Assembly (NCBI GenBank): GCA_028873695.1
Contig: JAPPNU010000062.1
Coordinates: forward strand, 257,057-321,056
Direction of reading: 5' to 3'
Source of the DNA: Gemmatimonadota bacterium
GTDB taxonomy: Bacteria > Latescibacterota > UBA2968 > GCA-2709665
DNA length: 64,000 bases
This document shows positions 34,877-42,246 of the stretch, in pieces. The notes under the pieces are model-generated. The model made no database searches. It was given only the letters and a program-made list of their open reading frames with translations, and had not been told where the DNA came from. The position numbers and the translations under genes are program-made. How positions within the stretch are numbered: the stretch's first letter is position 1; each line of letters opens with the position of its first letter.

Positions 34877-37417
34877 TTATGCGCCCTGGCCGTAGCTTTC
34901 GGCAAAGATCAGAAAATCGCTGAACCCGACGGCTCCGTCGTCGTCCAGGTCGAAGCGTGCGTCATAACCCGCGTCGCCGCGGCTCAGACCGTAAGCGCCC
35001 ACAAACAGCAGAAAATCCGGAAAGCTCACCGTCCCATCGCCGTCGAAGTCGGCGATGCGGGATGAAGGTTCGACGTATCGCGTCAAGTCCCATAGCAGCA
35101 TCGTGCCGTCATGTGACGCAGAGCCGAGCATCCTGCCGTCGGGAGAGTACGAAACGGAGCCAACGCCCAGCGTGTGCCCGTAGAGGGTAGCGATCTCCTC
35201 CAGAGTTTCCATATTCCACAGCACGACTGGACCTTGCGACCCGGCAGCGAGGATCCGCCCGTCAGGGGAAAACGCCCCGGAAAACAGCTGGCCGCCGTCC
35301 GATTTCTCCATGGTGGCGATTCTCTCACCTGTCGCCACGTCGTAAAGCAGGATCACGGAGTCGATCCGAGGGCCCTTCTCTGTTCCGGAGGCGATCGTCT
35401 TCCCGTCTGGGGAGAACGCGAGAAAGCCGAGGTTGCCACCGACTCCGTGAAAGCCCTGGTACACGGTAGTTGGGTTCTCCAGCGTTGCCGCATCCCACAG
35501 CTGAATGAATCCATCGGCAGATTTCGTGGCCAGCACAGAACCATCCGGTGAATACGACAGCAGCGGCGCATTTACGGAGATCGCGGACTGCGCTCCGGTC
35601 GCCACGTCCCACAGGACCAACTCGTATTTTCCCCCTGAAGCGACCGTCGCGCCATCGGGCGAAACCACGATCGTGTTGATTATGCACGCGTTTCTGAAGT
35701 ATTCCGCGATAGGTGTTCCCGTGGCCAGATCCCACACCTTGATTTCTTCGAAAGCCCCGGAGACGAGCGTCCCATCACGGAGGAACGCAAGGGACGTCAC
35801 ACCGCTCGCATGACCTTCCAGCGTAGCCACTTTTTCATGAGTCGCCACATCCCACAGCGTAATTTTCCTGTCGTCCGACCCTGAGGCGAAGATCCCGCCG
35901 TTGGGAGAAAATGCTACGGAGGTGGTGGCACTCTCTTTTTCAATCCTGTCGACAATCCCTCTTGCCTGCACGTCCCACAGGTCGATTCTACCATCGGAGG
36001 ACGCCGATACGAGGGTGTTGCCATCGGAGGAAAAGGAAACGGATCGGACGCCGCCCGTATGCCCGTAAAGTGTGGCGACGCTCTCACGGGCGCCCGCGTC
36101 CCAGAGTCGGATCGTGCCATCGGACGATCCCGACGCAACGGTATTTCCATCGGTCGAATAGGAAACGGATCGTACGTCGTCCGTATGCCCGTAGAGTGTG
36201 GCCAGATTCGTATGTGTCGCCGCGTCCCACAGGCGGACCGTCCTGTCGAAGGATCCCGAAGCAATTGTGCGCCCGTCGGGTGAAAAGGAAATGGAGCGGA
36301 TTATGAACTTGTGCCCTGTCAGAACACCGACTTTCTCATGCGTCACCACGTCCCACAGGTTGATTGAATGCTGGTTTTTGTCTGCCGCAGCGAGGAGCCT
36401 TCCATCCGGGGAAAACGCCAGGGGATTGTAATCGAGGGTGGTAGTGTTGGGCTTCCCCTCATAGGTTGTAACCCTTTGCCACGTACCCGTATCCCAGATC
36501 ACAAGCGAATTACCCGAGGAAACGCAGGCAAGCAGTCCGCCGTCGGGTGAAAACGCCACGCCCTGGGGCCAGCGTCCCCAGCCTCCCCTGTCTCCCAAAA
36601 AGTTAAGCTCGGCGACTGGCGTGTTCGTCGTCGTATCCCATACCCTGAGGTTGGATTCGGAGTAAACCTGCTCGGACCATGCGATCATGGCGCCGTCCGG
36701 GGAAAACGCCATGGATACGATCGTGTGTTCGGCCGGTATCAGCCCGTGAGGCTGCAACATCGCCAGGTCGTACATCCATATGCCGATATTTCGTGCTACA
36801 GCAAGCCGATGGCCGTCCGGCGAAAAAGAAACCGCTCTGTCGCCGCGACTGAGGCGGCCCTTCCCCAGCCGCACGATTGCGTCATCGGGCAGGTGCCACG
36901 TCCGAAAATCGCCTTTCAAGGCTGGAAGCGAAATACCGGTCCCCACCCCCATGGCTTGAAACGCTACTGACTCCAGCCCGTTGACGGATACTGAGACCGC
37001 ATTTGTCCCGGGACGCGGACCAAGCGTCAGCCTTTTCCCGGCATGCCCATTGATGTCGGTCACTGCTTGCTCGAGCATGAATCTGCCGCTGAGTCTCCCC
37101 CCGCCCATGGTAACCGCAAAGGCAACCGGCACGTCGGGGAGGGGATTGTCGTTCCGGTCTCTCACCTCGACAGTGAAGCGTCTTTCCAGTGGCGCGCCGG
37201 GCGTACCCTGCTGGTTGGCGCCGTCGATTATTTCCAACCTGCCAGGCGCCGCCCTGACGACGTCGTCCGGAATTTCCGAAATCACGAAGCGTGTCCTTTC
37301 TCCGTTCCCGTCGCGGTCGACTGCCTCGATACCGAGAGGATGTGAGGAAGGTTCGGAGAGGCTTGAAAAATCACCCCAGTCACTGGGAATGACGCCGTCA
37401 TAATCGAACGTGACCAC
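34877..37417 (-). CDS. Ig-like (Big_1-like) / multi-WD40 beta-propeller / C-terminal dockerin-like protein; 3' part of a gene split by an in-frame TAA
   Basis: Ig-like IIDGANQQGTPGAPLERRFTVEVRDRNDNPLPDVPVAFAV. About 14 WD40-like repeats (FSPDG..[IL]ASGS.D.T[IV]RLWD). C-terminal DFDGDGTVSFPDFLLFVGAYG...FDLDDDGAVGFSDFLIFAESYG. No signal peptide of its own. Same frame as 37427..38356. Confidence 0.75.
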   Translation of the reverse strand: MVTFDYDGVIPSDWGDFSSLSEPSSHPLGIEAVDRDGNGERTRFVISEIPDDVVRAAPGRLEIIDGANQQGTPGAPLERRFTVEVRDRNDNPLPDVPVAFAVTMGGGRLSGRFMLEQAVTDINGHAGKRLTLGPRPGTNAVSVSVNGLESVAFQAMGVGTGISLPALKGDFRTWHLPDDAIVRLGKGRLSRGDRAVSFSPDGHRLAVARNIGIWMYDLAMLQPHGLIPAEHTIVSMAFSPDGAMIAWSEQVYSESNLRVWDTTTNTPVAELNFLGDRGGWGRWPQGVAFSPDGGLLACVSSGNSLVIWDTGTWQRVTTYEGKPNTTTLDYNPLAFSPDGRLLAAADKNQHSINLWDVVTHEKVGVLTGHKFIIRSISFSPDGRTIASGSFDRTVRLWDAATHTNLATLYGHTDDVRSVSYSTDGNTVASGSSDGTIRLWDAGARESVATLYGHTGGVRSVSFSSDGNTLVSASSDGRIDLWDVQARGIVDRIEKESATTSVAFSPNGGIFASGSDDRKITLWDVATHEKVATLEGHASGVTSLAFLRDGTLVSGAFEEIKVWDLATGTPIAEYFRNACIINTIVVSPDGATVASGGKYELVLWDVATGAQSAISVNAPLLSYSPDGSVLATKSADGFIQLWDAATLENPTTVYQGFHGVGGNLGFLAFSPDGKTIASGTEKGPRIDSVILLYDVATGERIATMEKSDGGQLFSGAFSPDGRILAAGSQGPVVLWNMETLEEIATLYGHTLGVGSVSYSPDGRMLGSASHDGTMLLWDLTRYVEPSSRIADFDGDGTVSFPDFLLFVGAYGLSRGDAGYDARFDLDDDGAVGFSDFLIFAESYGQGA

Positions 37418-37426
37418 GGCGTCTCT

Positions 37427-38356
37427 TTAACCGGCCAACACGCTGCACGCCTTGACGCTGTTTGGTACGTGCAGGATTACCTGATGAAGGCCATCCGGGT
37501 CGTTCACTTCGAGTTGAACCGCTACCTCCTTTGCGCCGGCCGGATAGGTGAGGGGTGAAATGAGTTCGATCGACGGCGGTTGTCCGCTCTCCGACGGGCT
37601 GTTTGCATCGAAGTACGGATGGGCGGCCAGAAATCCGGCGTTACACATGGACAACCGCGAGTCGGGTAGATTGCCATACGACATGACGTACTCGCTGTGA
37701 CGGAAGTCATGCCTCAAGCCGAAGGTATGCCCCAGTTCATGGCTGACGACGTTGTGATAGTTCCACGGGTCCATTTCGTCGCTGGTGACAAGGGCAAAAC
37801 CGCCGATTTTTCCGATTCGAGTACCTTTTCCAGCCGCTCCGCGTTCGATCAAATTCGTGCTGATATCGATGACGACGATATATACGTTCTGCTCGGTGTC
37901 GAATGCCTGTTCGATTTCGCTCAGGACCTTTACGAATGTTTCGTCGAGATAGTGACTGTCCAGGTACTGAGCATTCACGCGGTGTACAAGGGGCTCGCCC
38001 GCCCCGTCGGTTTCAAATTGAAAGGTTGTGTCGTCGTAGCCTCGCTCCCCCATCGAAACGGCATAGAAGGCTTGAACCTCACGGATTCGGTCTTTCATAT
38101 CCTTGACCACTTCTGCGCGATAGGGCCGATCATTCGGCAGAAAGTAGATCAGCCGCACCGTGCGCGGTTCGCCCACGTTCAGGTCCGCGGGACGCTTGGC
38201 CGCAGGGAGGGGGTGGTCACGGCGCCACGCCTCGTAGTCAAAAGGCTGGCAGAAGTGCACGCTGTCGGCCTCGGGCGTCGAAGCGGTACTGACGGAATGG
38301 AGGCAGACCGATGCAAAAAAGCACGTCGCCAGATGGATTACCGTTTTGTTGTTCAT
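37427..38356 (-). CDS. Signal peptide plus HExxH metalloprotease domain; 5' part of the split gene
   Basis: MNNKTVIHLATCFFASVCLHSVSTA and HELGHTFGLRHDF. Collinear with the N-terminal third of 21740..24325 up to ...DPDGLHQVILHVP. Ends at TAA 37427-37429. Confidence 0.75.
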   Translation of the reverse strand: MNNKTVIHLATCFFASVCLHSVSTASTPEADSVHFCQPFDYEAWRRDHPLPAAKRPADLNVGEPRTVRLIYFLPNDRPYRAEVVKDMKDRIREVQAFYAVSMGERGYDDTTFQFETDGAGEPLVHRVNAQYLDSHYLDETFVKVLSEIEQAFDTEQNVYIVVIDISTNLIERGAAGKGTRIGKIGGFALVTSDEMDPWNYHNVVSHELGHTFGLRHDFRHSEYVMSYGNLPDSRLSMCNAGFLAAHPYFDANSPSESGQPPSIELISPLTYPAGAKEVAVQLEVNDPDGLHQVILHVPNSVKACSVLAG

Positions 38357-38450
38357 TTGCATAACTCTCCTTCAGGCGCCAGTTGTTCGGATCGAGTGAA
38401 TCGAACTGTAACATTTCGCGACAGTTGGCACATCAGACAGCGGATGGGCA

Positions 38451-38520
38451 TGTCGCAGATTACGTCATCACTGTGGTGTCTTGCGAAACAAACGAGCACA
38501 CGGCTGTGCTAATGCCGACG
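38451..38520 (-). repeat. Island upstream module R3, degenerate copy d
   Basis: TGTCGCAGATTACGTCATCACTGTGGTGTCTTGCGAAACAAACGAGCACACGGCTGTGCTAATGCCGACG versus 42001-42075 TGTCGCAGATTGCAACATAACTGTAGCGTTTTGCGACACCAGGCGCACACGGCTGCGCCGAAGCCGACTG. Confidence 0.45.
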
Positions 38521-38584
38521 GGCCGCTGGCATTATTTGACCACGACGGCGCGAAATGGACCGGGCCGCGGGCGCGTGAACTGGC

Positions 38585-38629
38585 GCCAATAGCGGCGATC
38601 CACATGATGCCTCTCAAGAAAGTAATCAT
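38585..38629 (-). pseudogene. 5' relic (first ~15 codons) of a paralogue of the 27061 gene
   Basis: AAGGAGGTCACGG ATG ITFLRGIMWIAAIGA versus MINPLRGIVGIAAFTL. The nucleotide match with 27020-27120 continues through the SD and leader. Confidence 0.5.
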
Positions 38630-38945
38630 CCGTGACCTCCTTCTTCGTCCATCCGGTTTCTGCCGTTGATTGAAGCGTCCCTGCGAATTCGACGATAAGC
38701 CCGAGCAGCGATGAGACCTTTCCACTGTAGCGTTTTGCGACACCAGGCGCACGCGACTGCGCCAATGCTGACTGCGGTAGCGGTCATTATCCGACAGAGG
38801 CTGCACGAACGGTCGGAGCCGCGGGGGCGGGCGACGCCATCGCTAAGGAGCGAGCAGTTGGCGCCGTATCCGGCAACCCCGCGACCGTTTACGGTACAGC
38901 TCGGGCTGATACGTGAAACGTGTGGGCGCTGTCTGACATCCTCAG
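38630..38945 (-). repeat. Island upstream module R3, copy b (longest)
   Basis: Collinear with copy a over ~155 nt and with copy c (42021-42246) over ~230 nt. Confidence 0.6.
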
Positions 38946-39367
38946 TCGTGAACCTTCGATTCGTAATTCTTCGCGAACGTCAATTCAAATAAGTGCCAGT
39001 TAATGAAGGCGACGAGACGGCGGATTACCAGAATACACCAGGTCATTGGCGTTGAAGGGAAAAAACGTCCTTCTATACGTCGATAACGCCCAGTTTCGGA
39101 GGGTTTTATCGCGTCGCCGCGTTGCTGGTTTTTTCGGATTGAGGTTAAATTGGCCACAAAACGCACAAAGGATACAGAAGGCATTGACACGAAACGGCAT
39201 GTACAGCAACGACTCGATCCTGTGAACGTTTTGGTCGCACTCCTCGGACGGGTCGGGTTGTACGTACAGGATGACATCCGCCGAAGGGTGTACCGCCCGT
39301 TGCGCCATGCCCTTGAATCATCCCAACGGATCCGCCAACCGTGAGACTCGACGAATCTCTTCCGCGC

Positions 39368-41116
39368 CTACCGTAGAGCGTCAGCCAGATCACTCTTCCC
39401 GAGTCGCTCCGCGAGCTGCAGCGGCGTCTCGTTCGCCGCAGAACGCAGGTTCGGATCGGCGCCTGCGGCAATCAGCGTGTTGATGGTCTCGACCGTTCCT
39501 AACATTACAGCCATGTGCAGAGGTGTAATCTGGTTCTTGTCCTGCGCGTTCGGGTCGGCGCCAGCCGCGAGCAGCGAGACCACCACCTCGACATGACCAA
39601 TCCCCAACCTCATCAGGAGCATTGCGTTATGCAACGGAGTGAGCTGGTGTTCGTCGCGAGCATTGGGATCGGCCCCTGCTTCAAGCAGGCTCGCAACTTT
39701 CTTCAGGTCTCCGCCTAACGCGGCCGAGTGCAGGGCACCCGTTCGAGGAGCGTCGGGATCGATATCTTGCAGGAGTTTCTTCGTTTCCGCATGGCCGCGG
39801 ATATTTGCCATGATCTCGGCCGTTCTCCCAAGTTTGTCACGCGCCCTCGTATCTGCGCCGGCTTCGACCAGAGCGGCGACAGCATCAACGTGACCGGACC
39901 AAGCAGCCTCGTGCAGCGGCGTGGTGCCGTCGCTGGTGGTCGCATTGGGATCGACGCCGAACTCGAGCAACGCCGAAATGACCCCAATGTGCCCTTCTGC
40001 GCTGGCCGCACGCAGAGCCGCTTGTCCGTTGTCCGGAAGGTTTACATCCGCGCCAGCGTCAACAAGGACTCGGATGGCTGCAACATGACCATTGCGGGCG
40101 GCGCTGTAAATCGGTGTTACCTGGCCAGGTAGGCCGTTCGGATCGGCGCCCGCCTCAATCAACGCCGAAATGGCCGCGATTTGCCCTTCTCCGCTGGCCA
40201 CATGCAGGGGGGTCTTCTTGTCACGGTCCTGAGCATTCACGTCCGCACCCGCGTCAACGAGAACGTCGATGGTGGGAACTTGACCGGTGGAAGCTGCATA
40301 GTGCAACGGCGAGGACTGTGGCATTGGTGCAAGCGGTGAATCGGCCGGCACATTCGGATTCGCACCGTCTTGAAGAAGATCTGTCAACTGCTTGACGTCT
40401 CCTCGTGCGGCCGCCTGATGGGTTTCCGGTGCAAATCTCATCATGAACGGAATGGTATCTCGAGCGGCAGCCTCAGATCTCGCCCGCAGCTCTTCGTCTA
40501 CCGCATCGAACGCTTTCGTGATTCTGCGACGAAGTTCATTCTCGTCGAAGCGTTCTGTCATTGGAGCCCACAGGCCGGTTGTATCGCGAACACCCATAAG
40601 TTTGAAGTCATGGCTCACCTCAGTGAAGGCGTGCCTCTCAGCATCCGCACGCAAATTGGAGGAATTATCGGGACTCTTTTGCGCGTAGTACCTATACCTG
40701 GAGACAGCATAGGTTGTCTTTATCCAGTCGTCATAAGAGAGTCCGTCTTCCCAGTACTTATCGAACGCAGGCTCCAGCAAGGCAACGATCTCCGCATCCT
40801 CTCTATCCTTAGCGGTCTTAAGCGCGCGCAGCCCGTTCAGGCTACCGGGTGCGTACGCGCCCGATTCAACCAGTTTCAGCACCTCCGCCACGTCACCCCG
40901 TTCGACCGCGGCCAGTAGCTGAACGCCGGACGACTGTTCCGGAGGTTGCGGTCCTCCACTCCCGATCGCCGCCGTCTCGCCGGCGGCGGCATCGACGGAG
41001 TCCGTGTGAGACATTGTGCGGTCTTCGTCAGAACCGGCGCCGATCGAGGCGCGGAACGCCATAGGCAGCAGCGCTATGGCGGCAATGCAAATCATGGCTT
41101 TCCGGAAAGCCAACAT
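39368..41116 (-). CDS. Secreted ankyrin-repeat protein
   Basis: Signal MLAFRKAMICIAAIALLPMAFRASIGA. At least 8 ANK repeats (SPLHYAASTGQVPTIDVLVDAGADVNAQD, KTPLHVASGEGQIAAISALIEAGADPN, etc.). Confidence 0.85.
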   Translation of the reverse strand: MLAFRKAMICIAAIALLPMAFRASIGAGSDEDRTMSHTDSVDAAAGETAAIGSGGPQPPEQSSGVQLLAAVERGDVAEVLKLVESGAYAPGSLNGLRALKTAKDREDAEIVALLEPAFDKYWEDGLSYDDWIKTTYAVSRYRYYAQKSPDNSSNLRADAERHAFTEVSHDFKLMGVRDTTGLWAPMTERFDENELRRRITKAFDAVDEELRARSEAAARDTIPFMMRFAPETHQAAARGDVKQLTDLLQDGANPNVPADSPLAPMPQSSPLHYAASTGQVPTIDVLVDAGADVNAQDRDKKTPLHVASGEGQIAAISALIEAGADPNGLPGQVTPIYSAARNGHVAAIRVLVDAGADVNLPDNGQAALRAASAEGHIGVISALLEFGVDPNATTSDGTTPLHEAAWSGHVDAVAALVEAGADTRARDKLGRTAEIMANIRGHAETKKLLQDIDPDAPRTGALHSAALGGDLKKVASLLEAGADPNARDEHQLTPLHNAMLLMRLGIGHVEVVVSLLAAGADPNAQDKNQITPLHMAVMLGTVETINTLIAAGADPNLRSAANETPLQLAERLGKSDLADALR

Positions 41117-41295
41117 TCGAACCTCTCTTTGTTGTCTCTACGTTTCTCACCGTGCGCCTCGATCTCAATTCGCAAAAAGAAAACGGCTGTATTGGCCACA
41201 ACAAGCACAGGAGCCACAGAGGGCATCGGTGCCAAGAAACGTGTGTGGTATCGCACTGATTCTGCTTGTGTCACCCGGGAAACGACGAATCAAGG

Positions 41296-41703
41296 TTAAA
41301 AAGACGATGAGCCCGAGCAGCGTTGAGACCGGTTCACCGCACTGACGAGCGTCACTCCGTTGGAAGTGACCGCGACCCCGAAGTCCTGACCCGTCTCGCA
41401 CCTGCTCCTCACGTCGCTGCTTAGATTGAGTTGTGAACATGCGGACTTGTAGGCCGCCGTAAGCGCTTCCTGTTGCGTCCCACCCTCGCCCGTTCCCTGC
41501 CCGGTACCCGATGGAGAACTGAGATTACCTATCCTCGACGGCACCAGCGTCAACGTTACCTCACATTGATATGAACCCGATCCGGCGCCGTTATCCTTGC
41601 CGCAGGCGTACGCGAAGTGCATAACCAACAGGCTGATTCCCACCACAAACGGCAATCGGGACTCTACCGTCAGGCTCTTGGCCATCTTGTATAGACGTTG
41701 CAT
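41296..41703 (-). CDS. Small Cys-containing lipoprotein-like protein
   Basis: Lipobox-like LLVMHFAYAC. The C-terminal ...VTLVSAVNRSQRCSGSSSF is echoed by translated R3 copies (RVRLVSQNATVERSQRCSGSSSN). Confidence 0.5.
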   Translation of the reverse strand: MQRLYKMAKSLTVESRLPFVVGISLLVMHFAYACGKDNGAGSGSYQCEVTLTLVPSRIGNLSSPSGTGQGTGEGGTQQEALTAAYKSACSQLNLSSDVRSRCETGQDFGVAVTSNGVTLVSAVNRSQRCSGSSSF

Positions 41704-42000
41704 CGAATTCTCCTATGCTTGTGCAGTCGGTTCAATGCGCGTCGACGACAGCGCGTGTCCTGATATACGACGTTGACGTCATAACCGGAAGCGCGTCATC
41801 ATTCTTGACACCATCCACGAATTCCCCCGCGTCGAGGCAGTCTCCACGGTGACGGGCCCCGCGGACTTCGCCTCGCTGCCGGTTCGTCGACGGGCACGGG
41901 GGTCGCCAGTTTCGGGACAACCGGCGCCGTTCCTTTAACGCAAGTTGAACGAAGTGTCGCAATTCGCGACGGTCAGGTGGCCAAGGAGGCCGGATCAGTA

Positions 42001-42246
42001 TGTCGCAGATTGCAACATAACTGTAGCGTTTTGCGACACCAGGCGCACACGGCTGCGCCGAAGCCGACTGTGGCAGCGGTCACTGTCCGACAGGGGCTGC
42101 CGTAACGGTCGGAGGCCGCGGGGCCGGGCGACGCCATCGTTCCGGAGCGAGCAGCCGGCGCCGAACCCGGCCGAACCCGCGGCCGCTGACGGTACAGCTC
42201 TGGTTAAGACGTGAAGCTGGTGGACGCCGTCTGACGGCAGCGGTCA
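42001..42246 (-). repeat. Island upstream module R3, copy c
   Basis: See copies b and d. Lies between the stop of 42247..44685 and the small lipoprotein gene. Confidence 0.6.

Noticed and set aside
38942-39368. ORFs 38942..39277 - and 39000..39308 - downstream of the ankyrin gene.
   Set aside because: The two ORFs overlap in different frames and show no motifs. Part of the region matches the non-coding spacer at 41190-41250, so it is more likely decayed intergenic or relic sequence.
41732-41962. 76-aa ORF between R3 copy c and the small lipoprotein gene, and ORF 19016..19315 + next to the first island gene.
   Set aside because: Neither has an SD, a signal peptide or motifs. Their composition is consistent with chance ORFs in intergenic DNA.
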